A stretch of DNA of 64,000 nucleotides from the NCBI GenBank assembly GCA_044223005.1, contig JBGAML010000011.1:73169-137168 (forward strand), written 5' to 3'. The position numbers and the translations under genes are program-made. The notes beneath the pieces were generated by a model. The model was not told where the DNA came from. It made no database searches and was given only the letters and a program-made list of their open reading frames with translations. How positions within the stretch are numbered: position 1 is the stretch's first letter; the number at the start of each line of letters is the position of its first letter. The stretch comes from Candidatus Eiseniibacteriota bacterium. GTDB taxonomy: Bacteria; Eisenbacteria; RBG-16-71-46. Positions 51,432-62,375 of the stretch are shown piece by piece.

Positions 51432-54400
51432 ATGCGCCCCTTCGTTCCACGCTTCCTCGCCGCCGCGGGCCTCGCGCTCGTCGTGGCGTTCGTGACCGCG
51501 CCCCTCGCGCGAGCCGCGGCCACGCACGTCGTCATCAGCGAGTTCGCCACCCGCGGGCCGTCCGCGGCGACCGACGAATTCGTCGAACTCTACAACCCGA
51601 CCTCCGCACCGATCAGCATCGCGGGCTGGAAACTGCAGTACAAGTCCGCCACCGGCACCGTGTGGAACGACCGCGCGACGCTGCCGGCCAACACGACGAT
51701 CGCGGCGCACGGCTTCTACCTGATCGCCAACCAGACGTACGTGGGCACGGTGACGCCCGACTTCACGTCGGGTTCGTGGGGCTCCGGCACCGGCATGGCC
51801 GACAACGGCAACATCCGCATCCTCGACGCGGGCGCGCTCGAAGTCGACAAGATCGGCTGGGGTACGGGCAACGATCCCGAGGGTGGCGTCGACGCGCCCA
51901 ACCACGGCACGTCCGCGAACAACAACTCGGTCGAGCGCAAGGCGCTCGCGGGATCCACGGCGGACTCGCTCGCGGCGGGCGGCCTGCACGAGCTGCTCGG
52001 CAACGGCCAGGACACCGACGTCAACGGCAGCGACTTCGTGGTGCAGACGCACGGCCGCAATCCGCAGAACGCGCTGAACCTGCCCGAACCCGCGATCGCG
52101 GTGGGCGGCAGCGGCACGGGCCACGCGGTGGCCTCGCCGGCGACGGCCTTCGTGGGCCAGACGCTGGGCAGTGTCGCGCTCGCGTTCAGCCAGGACTCCT
52201 CGTACACGATCACGAACATCGCGGTCACGATCCCGTCGGGCTGGACGTGGTCGCACTCGCTCGCGGACGTGGCGCTCAGCGGCGCGGCGTTCGCGACCGC
52301 GACGCCGTCGGTGGTGGGCGACACCGTGTTCGTCACCGGTGCCGCGCTGACCACGGTGGACGCGGGCACGCTCACGATCTCGACGATCACGCCGCCTTCC
52401 AGCAAGGGCTCGTCGTTCCTTTCGACGCGCACCGCCACCGCCACGGGCACGCTGACGTCGATCGCGCCCGTGCCGGCCGTGCGCGTGCTCGAGCTGGTGC
52501 CGATCGTCTCGCTGCACGTGAACGACGCGACGGGCGTCGCGACGTCGCCGTACGCGGTCGGCGCCGAAGCGACGGTGACCGGCATCGTGACGGCCAACCT
52601 GAGCAGCGTGCGCACGGACGTCTACCTGCAGGACGTGAGCGGCGCGATCGACCTCTTCAACGCCGCGCTGGCCCCGGTCACGCTCGCGCCGGGGGACAGC
52701 GTCACGGTGACGGGCTCGATCCTGCAGTTCCGCGGGCTCACCGAGCTGCAGCCGGACTTCTCGCTGATGACCGTGCATTCGAGCGGCCATCCGGTGCCGG
52801 ATCCGCTCGTGATGACCTGCGCCGAGCTGAACGCCACGTTCCACGCGGACGGCACCGAGCCCAACGAGAGCCGGCTGATCCGCATCAACGGCGTCACCTA
52901 CAACTCGGTCGCGTCCACGATCACGGACGCCTCGGGCACGGCGAACATCTTCATCCCGGCGACCTACCCGGCGGTGCCGGCGGTGTTCGACATCATCGGC
53001 ATCCTGAAGCAGTTCAAGCCCGGCACGCCGGCGCCCGGACCGCCGTACACGGCGGACTACGAGATCACGCCGCGCACGCCGGACGACATCATCGCCCACC
53101 CGGGACCGGTCATCACCGCGGGCCCGAGCGAAGACCAGATCGCGGCGACGTCCGTGCGGCTCAACTGGACCACCGACGTCGCGTCGACCAGCATCGTGCA
53201 CTTCGGCACCACGCCCGCGCTGGGCGACAGCACGGTGGACCTCACGGCGGTGACGACGCACGCGCTCACCGTGACCGGCCTGCTGCCGGCGACGGTCTAC
53301 TACTACAGCGTGGGCTCGGAGGACGTGAACGGCCGCAACTTCTCGCCGACCGGCGTCTTCAGCACGGCGTCGCCGCCGGCGGCCAGCGGCGCGATCCACG
53401 CCTACTTCAACAAGTCGGTGAACACGTCGGTCGCCTTCCCGGTTGCGGCGAACGGCAACGCCGACCTCACGGCCATCCTCGCGGGCCGCATCGCCACCGC
53501 GCAGCGTTCGGTGGACGCCGCGATCTACAACCTGAGTGGCACGCCGGGCACGACGCTGGCCAACGCGCTCATCGCGGCCAAGAACCGCGGCGTCGCCGTG
53601 CGCATCGTCTGCGAGTACGACAACTCCACGGCGTCGGGCTTCACGGCGCTGCAGTCGGCGGGCATCCCGCTCATCACCGACCGCTTCGACCCGATCAACA
53701 ACGGCACCGGGCTCATGCACGACAAGTTCTTCGTGATCGACGCGCACGGCGGCGCTCCGGAGAGCGTGTGGGTGTGGACGGGCTCGTGGAACCCGACCGA
53801 TCCCGGCACGAACAACGACCTGCAGAACGCGATCGAGTTCCAGGACCCGGCGCTCGCGAACGTCTACACGATGGAGTTCGACGAGATGTGGGGGAGCCAC
53901 ACGAGCGTGCCCAACTCGGGCGCGTCGCGCTTCGGCCAGCGCAAGCTGGACGACACGCCGCACCACTTCGCGATCGGCGGCCACCCGGTCGAGGCGTACT
54001 TCAGCCCGTCCGACGGCACGACGAGCCACATCATCTCCACGATCAACGCCGCGCAGCACTCGATCGGCTTCCAGCAGCTCACGATCACGCGTTCGGACAT
54101 CGCGGCCGCGCTGATCGCGAAGCACACCGGCGGCACGGCGGTGCGTGGTGACATGGACAGCGACTCGGACGCGGGTTCGGAGTACGCGAACCTGGTGGGC
54201 GCCGGCGTCGACGTGAAGCTCAAGACCGGCTACTCGGGCCTGCTGCACCACAAGTACCTGATCGTGGACGCGGACAACCCCCACTGGGACGGCACCGTGC
54301 TCACGGGCTCGCACAACTGGTCGGCGGCGGCGGAGAACTCGAACAACGAGAACACCGTCATCGTCCACGACCCGCTGACCGCGAACGCGTATCTTCAGGA

Positions 54401-54740
54401 ATTCACGGCCCGCTACTACCAGTTCGGCGGCACGGACTCGGTGCACGTGACCGATGCGCCCACGAACGGCCTGCCGCGCACGCTGGAGCTGTCTCAGAAC
54501 TTCCCGAACCCGTTCCGGCTCTCCACGCGGATCGCGTACGCCCTGCCGTCGGCGACGCGGGTGACGCTGCGGCTCTACGACGTGCAGGGCCGCCAGGTCC
54601 GCACGCTGGTCGACGGCGTGCAGCCGGCCGGGCGCCACTCGGTGATGCTCGAACCGCAGGGTCTCGCGGCGGGCGTGTACCTCGCGCGCCTCGACGCCGC
54701 CGGCCACACGCAGCAGCGCAAGCTGCTGTACCTGAAGTAG
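51432..54740 (+). CDS. secreted lamin-tail/OB/FN3/phospholipase D-family (nuclease-like) protein with T9SS-like tail
   Basis: VVISEF..DEFVELYNP; GDSVTVTG...FRGLTEL; HDKFFVID and HHKYLIVD (HKD motifs); QNFPNPF tail. Confidence 0.88.
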   Translation: MRPFVPRFLAAAGLALVVAFVTAPLARAAATHVVISEFATRGPSAATDEFVELYNPTSAPISIAGWKLQYKSATGTVWNDRATLPANTTIAAHGFYLIANQTYVGTVTPDFTSGSWGSGTGMADNGNIRILDAGALEVDKIGWGTGNDPEGGVDAPNHGTSANNNSVERKALAGSTADSLAAGGLHELLGNGQDTDVNGSDFVVQTHGRNPQNALNLPEPAIAVGGSGTGHAVASPATAFVGQTLGSVALAFSQDSSYTITNIAVTIPSGWTWSHSLADVALSGAAFATATPSVVGDTVFVTGAALTTVDAGTLTISTITPPSSKGSSFLSTRTATATGTLTSIAPVPAVRVLELVPIVSLHVNDATGVATSPYAVGAEATVTGIVTANLSSVRTDVYLQDVSGAIDLFNAALAPVTLAPGDSVTVTGSILQFRGLTELQPDFSLMTVHSSGHPVPDPLVMTCAELNATFHADGTEPNESRLIRINGVTYNSVASTITDASGTANIFIPATYPAVPAVFDIIGILKQFKPGTPAPGPPYTADYEITPRTPDDIIAHPGPVITAGPSEDQIAATSVRLNWTTDVASTSIVHFGTTPALGDSTVDLTAVTTHALTVTGLLPATVYYYSVGSEDVNGRNFSPTGVFSTASPPAASGAIHAYFNKSVNTSVAFPVAANGNADLTAILAGRIATAQRSVDAAIYNLSGTPGTTLANALIAAKNRGVAVRIVCEYDNSTASGFTALQSAGIPLITDRFDPINNGTGLMHDKFFVIDAHGGAPESVWVWTGSWNPTDPGTNNDLQNAIEFQDPALANVYTMEFDEMWGSHTSVPNSGASRFGQRKLDDTPHHFAIGGHPVEAYFSPSDGTTSHIISTINAAQHSIGFQQLTITRSDIAAALIAKHTGGTAVRGDMDSDSDAGSEYANLVGAGVDVKLKTGYSGLLHHKYLIVDADNPHWDGTVLTGSHNWSAAAENSNNENTVIVHDPLTANAYLQEFTARYYQFGGTDSVHVTDAPTNGLPRTLELSQNFPNPFRLSTRIAYALPSATRVTLRLYDVQGRQVRTLVDGVQPAGRHSVMLEPQGLAAGVYLARLDAAGHTQQRKLLYLK

Positions 54741-54760
54741 GTTTGCGACAAGAGGCACTG

Positions 54761-54804
54761 GACACCTCGGCCCCGCGATCGCGAGATCGCGGGGCCGAGG
54801 TGTC
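54761..54804. terminator. 20-bp perfect hairpin between convergent genes
   Basis: gacacctcggccccgcgatc-gcga-gatcgcggggccgaggtgtc. Confidence 0.8.
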
Positions 54805-54839
54805 TTTCGGGAAAAGCCGCCCGGCTGCGCCGGGAAATG

Positions 54840-57104
54840 CTACTGCTGCAGCGCGTACGAGATCTTCGCGAACGCCTGCCGGCCGCTGTGCTCGAGGCGG
54901 CCGCTCAGGTCCGACCACGTGCGGTTGTCGCCGTAGCCGGCGTAGAGCACGGTCTGCCAGTTGAGCTTGTACGCGAACAGCGCCGACGCGTCGAAGTGCG
55001 CCGACTTGGGGTTCACGCCGAACGTGTAGAGCGACGCGTCGCGCGACGTCACCTGGTACTGGCCGATGCCGCGTACGAACGTGCGGGCGTTGAACGACCA
55101 CGTCGCGCGCAGCCGCTCGACCTGCGTGAGGAAGAGCCGTCCGGAATGCCCCGACTCGGCCTCCACGTTGAGCCAGCGCGCGCTGGCGTCGTTGCGCAGC
55201 TCGAGGTGCTTGTTCGGGCGCAGCATGAGCAGCCCGATCAGCGTCGTGCCTGTGCCTTCGCGCGCATTGTCGAAGTCGATCTCCTGGCCCACGTACGCGT
55301 CGATCGACCACAGGTTCACGATCGACCCCGGGCTGGACTGGAAGTACAGCCGCGGGCGGAACCGGTGAAGGACCTGGCCGCCGACCAGGATGTCGTCGTG
55401 GTTGAACTCGGCCCGGCCCTGGCTGTTCATCTTGCCGTCGAACCCGAACCCCGCCGACAGGTGCCGCGTGAGCAGCTGGCCCGACGGCCGCGTGTCCCAG
55501 TACTGCGCCTCCCACAGGCGTACCCGCGAGAAGAACGACTTCTTCGGCCGCACCGTCCAGCCGGCCTCGTGGTAGAGCTCGCGGTAGCCGACCTGCGGGA
55601 TGAAGCCGTCGTCGGCGCGAAAGCGCTCGCCCAGCTCCATGCCCTGGAAGAACACGTCGAGCTGGCGGCCGTTGTGCGAGCCGTTGAGCATCACCGCGTG
55701 GTCGGTGAACGAGCGGCCATCCCACTCGCTCGCGAGGTCCGGCCGGTTCGGCGTGCGCGAATCGCTCACGAGGTACTGGCCGAGGAACGTGTCGCCGGCG
55801 CGTGGACGCCACTGGAAATCCGGTCCGAAGACGCGATTGTGCCCGCCGCCCTCCAGCTCGCGCGTGGTGCCGAGCACGCTCACGAACGACGCGCCGAGGT
55901 CGGTGCGCAACCGCATGATCCCGACGTCGGAAGAGAAGTCCTGCGGCGCGAATCCCGAGCCTTCCGGCCCCGGGAGGATCACGAGTCCGCCGCCCTGGTC
56001 GTGCGTGTAGAGCCCCGTGAACGCCGTGGTGCCCGTGTGCCCCGTGGCGCGCACGCCCGCGCTCGGCGAGGTGATGGTGCGCGTGTACACGGCCTGGAAG
56101 GGCAGCGTGAACATGTCCACGCCTTCCAGGAAGAAGGTTCTCTTCTCCGGGTAAAACAGCGCGAAGCGCTCGTTGGTGCCGATCTGCGCCGCGTCGGATT
56201 CGACCTGCGAGAAGTCGGGGTTCACGGTGCCGTCGATCGCGAGGTCGGCGAACGGGCTCCACTTCACGTCCACGCCCGCTTCGGACTTCGGGTCACCCGC
56301 CGCGAGCGGCGAGCCCAGGTCGCCCTTCGGCGCATCCTGGCGTTCGGCCGTCGCGTAGGGCGCGACCACGAGATGCGAGCCGTGCGGCAGGTTCACGAGG
56401 CCGGTGAGCCGGCTCTCGTTGCAGACGAGGCAGTTCCCGCCCCGGGGCAGCCGCGCGCTGAAGTACTGGTAGCGCCGGTCGCGCGGGTGGTTGCGATAGA
56501 GCAGCAGGCCCCAGCCGCTGCTGTCGCCGCTCGAGTAGCGCAGCGACGAGAACGGGATCCGGACCTCGAGGTTCCAGCCCGTCGCCGTGATCTTCCCGAC
56601 CGCGTCCCAGAAGAAGTCCGGCGAGCTGTCCTCGCCGGTCGCGTCGTTGGTGATGGCGTCGTACTCCACGCCGCTCGGGTTCGCGAGGAACATGCGCGCC
56701 GACTTGCCGTCCCCGCGGCTGTCGATCAGGAGCCCCGCGTAGTCGGTCGAGGACGGCGTGTTGTCGTGGTCCCCGATGGGCGCGCGGATCAGCTCCGGAT
56801 GCGGGTCCTCGAACTGGAATCCCGCGTAGAGATAATGCTCGTCATACGCGAGCCACGCGAGGTTCTTGACCCTGGGCTCCACATTGTCGCCCGGATTGGT
56901 CTCGAACCACTGCGTGATCGGCGCGACGCCCTTCCAGCCGGCGTCGGAGAGATCGCCGTCGATCGCGATGGGCGCGGTGAGCCGCGTGATCCCGAGCGCC
57001 GGCCCCGGCATGGGGGCGGCGGCCAGGGCCGTCGAGCTCGAGCCGACGGTGAGGGCCAGGATCGTGAGCCACAGGACTCGTGAAGCGGGAGAGAGTGTGC
57101 GCAT
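54840..57104 (-). CDS. CBM9-like plus DUF5916 outer-membrane protein
   Basis: IDGDLSDAGW, EVRIPFSSLRY, TVNPDFSQVESD, LFYPEKRTFFLEG, AFAKISY. Confidence 0.85.
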   Translation of the reverse strand: MRTLSPASRVLWLTILALTVGSSSTALAAAPMPGPALGITRLTAPIAIDGDLSDAGWKGVAPITQWFETNPGDNVEPRVKNLAWLAYDEHYLYAGFQFEDPHPELIRAPIGDHDNTPSSTDYAGLLIDSRGDGKSARMFLANPSGVEYDAITNDATGEDSSPDFFWDAVGKITATGWNLEVRIPFSSLRYSSGDSSGWGLLLYRNHPRDRRYQYFSARLPRGGNCLVCNESRLTGLVNLPHGSHLVVAPYATAERQDAPKGDLGSPLAAGDPKSEAGVDVKWSPFADLAIDGTVNPDFSQVESDAAQIGTNERFALFYPEKRTFFLEGVDMFTLPFQAVYTRTITSPSAGVRATGHTGTTAFTGLYTHDQGGGLVILPGPEGSGFAPQDFSSDVGIMRLRTDLGASFVSVLGTTRELEGGGHNRVFGPDFQWRPRAGDTFLGQYLVSDSRTPNRPDLASEWDGRSFTDHAVMLNGSHNGRQLDVFFQGMELGERFRADDGFIPQVGYRELYHEAGWTVRPKKSFFSRVRLWEAQYWDTRPSGQLLTRHLSAGFGFDGKMNSQGRAEFNHDDILVGGQVLHRFRPRLYFQSSPGSIVNLWSIDAYVGQEIDFDNAREGTGTTLIGLLMLRPNKHLELRNDASARWLNVEAESGHSGRLFLTQVERLRATWSFNARTFVRGIGQYQVTSRDASLYTFGVNPKSAHFDASALFAYKLNWQTVLYAGYGDNRTWSDLSGRLEHSGRQAFAKISYALQQ

Positions 57105-57480
57105 GTGACTCTTGGACGCTCCCATGTGGGGAAGGGTTGGTCCGTGCGGACCGCGTTGGGCGTGCCGCAACGGGCGTTCGTGGCGTGGGCGCGGAGATAC
57201 CCGGAACACCGCCCCGAGCACTACGCGTGTGACCGGCCCCGGGTTCATGCCGGCCGCGTGAGAGCTGCGATCCCGAACACGCCCTGTGCGATTGCGGGGC
57301 AAGCTACCAGAGCCCCACGAACGCGCACCCGCACCGCGACGAACGCCCGCAAGACTTGAACGAGAGCGCGCGGAGCCGCGCTCAACGCGGCGCTTGCATG
57401 AGCGGCGGCGCGGGCGACGCGTTGGCCTCGTCGAGCCGGCGCCGGGAGCCGCCCCGCTGGATCGCGCGAGGTGCGGCACC

Positions 57481-58260
57481 TCACGGCGCCGGCCGCGCCA
57501 TGCCCGAGCCGGCGTCACCCGCTCGCGGGACACCACCCCCGCGGCGCTCGCGCTTCGCCTGCATGAACCCCGCGCCGAAGACGCGTTCGGCTTCGTACGG
57601 GTTGTGCGCGTGGCACCGGAGCCGCAGGTTGTCGTCGGTGGTCTTGCCGCCACGGGCTTTGGTGATCACGTGGTCGTACTGGAGGTTCCGGCGAGACTCG
57701 CAGCGCACACCGTCCGGGCTCTCGAAGGTGCAGCGATGGCCATCCCGCTCCGCGACGCGGCGCTTCATGTCGGCGGGAATGTAGTCACCGTTGGCACGGC
57801 TGCGGCGCTTGCGAGGCGAGTCGGTCTTCGCGAAGCGCTGCTTCTCGAGTTTCGTGATCAGGGCGTCCAGCGCGCGATCGAGCACCTGCGCGAGGTCCTG
57901 CGTCGGCACCGTGTGCCCGAGCAGCTCCTGTGCGCGGCGGAGCTTGTCGTGGGTCTCGCGCGAAATGGTCAGTTGCATCGCGAACCGTTGCGGCGCGATC
58001 GGCGCGACGCGCGCGGGCGGCGCGGGCGGGCTCGCGTGCGCAGCGCCACTCGTCGCGTGTGTAGCCTCGCTGAACGAAACATGCCTTGAGGCATGTTCCA
58101 GTGAAACATGCTGGACAGACGGCGTCGGCGTGACGTTGGGGCCCGGATTCACGAGCGTGAGCGACGGCGCCGGGTCGGTCGACGGGGCCATGACGGGCTC
58201 CACGCGCGTCGGCACGTCCGACGCGGGGAATCGCTCCGCCAGCACGAGCCGGATGCCCTC
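57481..58260 (-). pseudogene. 5'-truncated HNH endonuclease (DUF222-like family) remnant
   Basis: IPADMKRRVAERDGHRCTF...RC..RRNLQYDHV...GG..DNLRLRCHAHN; appears to lack the N-terminal half, no clear RBS/start. Confidence 0.6.
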
Positions 58261-58358
58261 GCTCTCCCGACCCGCCCCGCGCACGCTACCGGGCGAGAAA
58301 CCCCGCGGCCCGCGCGCTCACGCACGCGGGCCGCGTCACTTCCGAGCCGGCGAATCGC

Positions 58359-59579
58359 CTACGTTCGCGCCGCGCTCCGCGCTTTGACGCCCACCTCCGT
58401 CAGGCAGCGCTCGATGCGCGCCGTCGTGTGCTCGATGTCGGAATCGAGCCCGATCGAGAAGCGGATGAGGCCGTCGCTGATACCCGCCTTCGCGCGCTCC
58501 TCGGGCGGCAGCTCGGACGACGTGCTGTGGCCCGGGGCGCTGAAGAGCGTCTTGAAGTAGCCGAGGCTCACCGCGAGGTAGCCCACCTTCTCGGCCTGCA
58601 TGCGCGCCATGAGCGCCTGCGCCACCTCGTACTCGTGCACGTCCAGCGTCATCATCCCGCTCCAGCCGAAGCCCGGGTTCATCAGCGAGCGCATCAGCGC
58701 GTGGTGCGGGTGCTGTTCCAGGCCCGGGTAGTGGACGTCGTAGCCCAGCGACGCCAGGCGCCGCGCCAGGTGCGCCGCGTTCTGGCCGTGCTTCTGCATC
58801 CGGATGTGCAGGCTGTGCAGGTTCTTGAGGATGCTCGCCGCGCGGAAGCTGTCGAGCACCGGGCCCAGCAGCATGCTCGGGCCGGCGTTCACGTCGTTCA
58901 GGCGGTCGATGAACGCCTTGTTCGACACGACGCAGCCCGCCACGCAGTCGCTGGTGCCGTTGATGTACTTGGTCATGCTGTGCACGACCACGTCGGCGCC
59001 GTGGCGCAGCGGGGAGAGCACCATCGGGCTGAACGTGTTGTCGACGACGAGCGTCGCGCCGTGGTCGTGGGCGATGCGCGCGAGCCCGGGCAGGTCGGCG
59101 ACCTCGAGCAGCGGGTTGCTGATCGACTCGGCGTAGATCGCGCGCGTGCGCGGTGTCATCGCGGCGCGCACCGCGGCGAGGTCCGTGAGGTCCACGAAGC
59201 GCGTCGTCACGCCGAAGCGGGGGAGCAGGTTCTTCAGGAGCGCGTACGTGCCGCCGTAGATGTTGCGGCCGCACACGAGCTCGTCGCCCTGCGCCGTCAG
59301 CGCCATCAGCGTCGTGCTGATCGCACCCATGCCGGACGCCATCACCTGCGCGGCCTCGCCGTCCTCCATGCGGGCCAGCGCGTCGGCGAGCGTCTTGTTC
59401 GTCGGGTTCCAGTGCCGCGAGTAGAGGAAGCAGCCCTCGATGTCGTGCTCGAAGGTCTCCTCCATCCGCTTGGGATCGAGGAACGTGTACGTCGAGGAAT
59501 CGGTGATCGACGGATTGACGTCGCCGAACTCGCCGAAGACGAGATAGTCCTGGATGCGGGACGCGGGATCGAAGCTCAT
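58359..59579 (-). CDS. Cys/Met metabolism PLP enzyme (methionine gamma-lyase-like)
   Basis: YSRHWNPT, SGMGAI, ESISNP, VVDNTF, HSMTKYING, RFSIG. Confidence 0.9.
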   Translation of the reverse strand: MSFDPASRIQDYLVFGEFGDVNPSITDSSTYTFLDPKRMEETFEHDIEGCFLYSRHWNPTNKTLADALARMEDGEAAQVMASGMGAISTTLMALTAQGDELVCGRNIYGGTYALLKNLLPRFGVTTRFVDLTDLAAVRAAMTPRTRAIYAESISNPLLEVADLPGLARIAHDHGATLVVDNTFSPMVLSPLRHGADVVVHSMTKYINGTSDCVAGCVVSNKAFIDRLNDVNAGPSMLLGPVLDSFRAASILKNLHSLHIRMQKHGQNAAHLARRLASLGYDVHYPGLEQHPHHALMRSLMNPGFGWSGMMTLDVHEYEVAQALMARMQAEKVGYLAVSLGYFKTLFSAPGHSTSSELPPEERAKAGISDGLIRFSIGLDSDIEHTTARIERCLTEVGVKARSAART

Positions 59580-59718
59580 GGCGCTCTCCGGATGAGGGCC
59601 GGTCGGCCCGGACGTTCGAATGGACCGAGGAGAACGCTTCGGCGGCGAACCGTCAACGGGTCCGCGCCCCGGAGGGGAACCCGCGCCCCGCGGCGGTCGC
59701 CGCCGCGGGAATCCGCGA

Positions 59719-61296
59719 TCAGCGCGCGGCGCCCTCGCGCACCCAGCGCTCGACGCGCATCGTGCCCATGCCCGAGGTCCAGTCGCGGGCTTCGACGAGC
59801 CGGCGGCCCTCGGCCGCCACGGCGATCGTCCGGCGGGCCGCTTCGCGGCGTACGTCGGAGTTCGCGCTGCGCACGATCACCCAGACCTCGTCGTAGGGCC
59901 GCGAGTGCATGCGGGCGCTGGCCGCCATCTCGTCGAGCTGCTTGGGCGTGTAGTGCGCGGCGAACGGCTCGTCGGGGTGGCTCACCTCGTAACCGTCGAT
60001 CGGGCGCGGCAGCAGGTGGTCGTAGAACGCGAACGGGTCCACGTCGAACGGCACCAGCACGCAGGCGCGCGCCGGGTCCGCCTTGCGGCCCAGGTCGGCG
60101 ACCACGGCCCGCCACGGCTCCTTCGTGTAGTCGTGCTGGTAGCGGGCGATGCCGAAGATCGACCACGCCAGCAGCAGCGTCGCGAGCACCACGCGCACCC
60201 CGGTCCAGCGGATACGCGCGAGGCCGAGCGCGAACAGCGCCGCCACGAACGGCGTGAGGAACACGAAGTAGCGGACGAGCAGCAGCGGGTGCACGAACGA
60301 CTCCGCCAGCACCGCGCCGACCGGCACGATCCACGCGAGCCACGACACGCGGGCCAGCAGGCCGCGGGAATCGCTCCGGCGCAGCTCCGGCAGCGTCAGG
60401 AGGAGCGCCACCACCGGCGGGATCGCCACGAGCGCCCACGCGAGCGGCGAGGGCATGTAGGCGTCGAGGCCGGGCTGGGTGGAGCCCTTCGGCGTGCCGA
60501 CGAGCGGCATCGGCGAGAGCAGTGCGGCGCGGAACACCTTGAAGATGCCGGACGCGTCGGTCTCGGGGATGTACCAGTGCGAGCTCGAGAGGTGCTCGGA
60601 CATCTTGCGGCTGAGCCACCACCACGGCAGGTAGAGCACGATGCCGCCGGCGACCGCGGCGATCCAGGGCAGGAAGCGCTTGCGCCCCTGCGGCGTCAGC
60701 AGCGCCATCGCGCCCTGCGCCAGCACGCCCAGGCTCACGATGCTCTGCGTCCACATGCCGGCCGCGATCGCGAGCGAGAGCGCCCACCACGCCGGGCGGC
60801 CACGGCTGGCGGCCGCGCGGGCCCAGATCACGATGCCCGCGACCAGCAGCGCGGCGGCGAGCGTGTACGTGCGGGCCTCCTGCGCGTACATCAGCTGGAA
60901 GGGCGAGAGCGCCGTGAGGAAGGCGGCAAACGTCGCCGCGCCGCGTCCCAGCGCGATGCGCGCGAGCCGGTACGTGAGCCATACCAGCGCGAGCGAGGCC
61001 AGCACGGACACGAGCCGCAGGTGGGCTTCGGACTCGCCGAGCTTGAGCGCCCACGACGTGAGCAGGTAGTACAGCGGCGGGCTCGCGTCGCGCTCGACGC
61101 AGCGGCGCAGCAGCGCCTGCAGCGGCAGCGACGCCGCGGTCCACGTGGAGCCTTCGTCCGTCCACAGCGAGCGCGCGCCGAGGTCGTGGAAGCGCACGAG
61201 CGCCCCGACCACGAGCGCCGCCACCGGGCCGAAGCGCAGGTGGCGCCCGAGGTGGGCGTCGGAACTCCCGTGCGGCTTCGGCGCGGCGTCGCTCAC
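59719..61296 (-). CDS. GT39/PMT-like membrane glycosyltransferase
   Basis: SLWTDE, SPPLYY, YAQEARTY, many TM segments. Confidence 0.88.
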   Translation of the reverse strand: MSDAAPKPHGSSDAHLGRHLRFGPVAALVVGALVRFHDLGARSLWTDEGSTWTAASLPLQALLRRCVERDASPPLYYLLTSWALKLGESEAHLRLVSVLASLALVWLTYRLARIALGRGAATFAAFLTALSPFQLMYAQEARTYTLAAALLVAGIVIWARAAASRGRPAWWALSLAIAAGMWTQSIVSLGVLAQGAMALLTPQGRKRFLPWIAAVAGGIVLYLPWWWLSRKMSEHLSSSHWYIPETDASGIFKVFRAALLSPMPLVGTPKGSTQPGLDAYMPSPLAWALVAIPPVVALLLTLPELRRSDSRGLLARVSWLAWIVPVGAVLAESFVHPLLLVRYFVFLTPFVAALFALGLARIRWTGVRVVLATLLLAWSIFGIARYQHDYTKEPWRAVVADLGRKADPARACVLVPFDVDPFAFYDHLLPRPIDGYEVSHPDEPFAAHYTPKQLDEMAASARMHSRPYDEVWVIVRSANSDVRREAARRTIAVAAEGRRLVEARDWTSGMGTMRVERWVREGAAR

Positions 61297-62375
61297 GATG
61301 CGGCCAGCAGGACGTCGAGGATGTGGTGCGCCGACCGGCCGTCGCCGAACGGGTTCGGCCAGCCGTTGGCGCGCCCGAGCATGGTGCGCGCGCCGTTCAC
61401 GATCGCTTCGGCCGACGCGCCGACCAGCACGTTGGCGCCGACCTGCACCGACTCGGGGCGCTCGGTGTTGTCGCGCAGCGTCACGCAGGGGACGCCCAGG
61501 CAGCACGCCTCTTCCTGCAGGCCGCCCGAGTCCGACATCGTGAGCGCGGCCTGCGCGTGCAGGCCGAGGAAGTCGAGGTAGGGCAGCGGCGGCAGCGCGC
61601 GCACGCCCGCACCCCACCCGAGCCCGAGCTTCTCGAGCCGCTGCGTCGTGCGCGGGTGCACGGCGCACAGCACTTCGAGATTCGTCGCCGCCGCGGCCTC
61701 CGAGAGGCCGCGCACGATGCCGCGCAGGCGCGTCTCGTCGTCGGTGTTCTCGGCGCGGTGCACGGTCGCGAGCGCGTAGCGCTTCGGCTCGACGCCGAAG
61801 CGCGCCGGCACGTTGAGCGCATCGGCGCGCGGGCGGTTGCGCATCAGCTCGTCGACCACCGTATTGCCCGTCACGAAGACGCGTTCCGCGCCCACGCCCT
61901 CGCCGGCCAGGATCCCGCGCGAGTGCTCGGTCGGCGCGTAGAGGTGGTCGGAGAGGTGGTCGGTCAGGATGCGGTTGATCTCTTCCGGCATGCCGCGGTC
62001 GTACGAGCGCAGGCCCGCCTCGACGTGGCCCACGCGGATGCCCAGCTTCTGCGCCGCGAGCCCGGCCGCGAGCACGGAGTTGGTGTCGCCCTCGACCAGC
62101 ACCCAGTCCGGCTTCTCGCGCTCGTAGATCGGGACGATGCCCGTGACGATCGCGCCGACCTGGTAGGCCTGCGTCCCCGAGCCCACCGCGAGATTCGCGT
62201 GCGGGACCGGCAGCCCCAGCTCTTCGAAGAACACGCCGTCCATCTCGTACGAGTAGTGCTGGCCGGTATGCAGCAGGAGATAGGGCACGTTCCGCTCGGC
62301 GCAGGCGCGCACGAGCGGGGCCATCTTGATGATCTCGGGCCGGGTACCGACGATGATCGCGACCTTCGGCGTCAC
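61293..62375 (-). CDS. wecB: UDP-N-acetylglucosamine 2-epimerase (non-hydrolysing)
   Basis: GTRPEIIK, HTGQHY, GDTNS, HVEAGLRS, PEEINR, DSGGLQEEA, TERPE. Confidence 0.93.
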   Translation of the reverse strand: MTPKVAIIVGTRPEIIKMAPLVRACAERNVPYLLLHTGQHYSYEMDGVFFEELGLPVPHANLAVGSGTQAYQVGAIVTGIVPIYEREKPDWVLVEGDTNSVLAAGLAAQKLGIRVGHVEAGLRSYDRGMPEEINRILTDHLSDHLYAPTEHSRGILAGEGVGAERVFVTGNTVVDELMRNRPRADALNVPARFGVEPKRYALATVHRAENTDDETRLRGIVRGLSEAAAATNLEVLCAVHPRTTQRLEKLGLGWGAGVRALPPLPYLDFLGLHAQAALTMSDSGGLQEEACCLGVPCVTLRDNTERPESVQVGANVLVGASAEAIVNGARTMLGRANGWPNPFGDGRSAHHILDVLLAAS

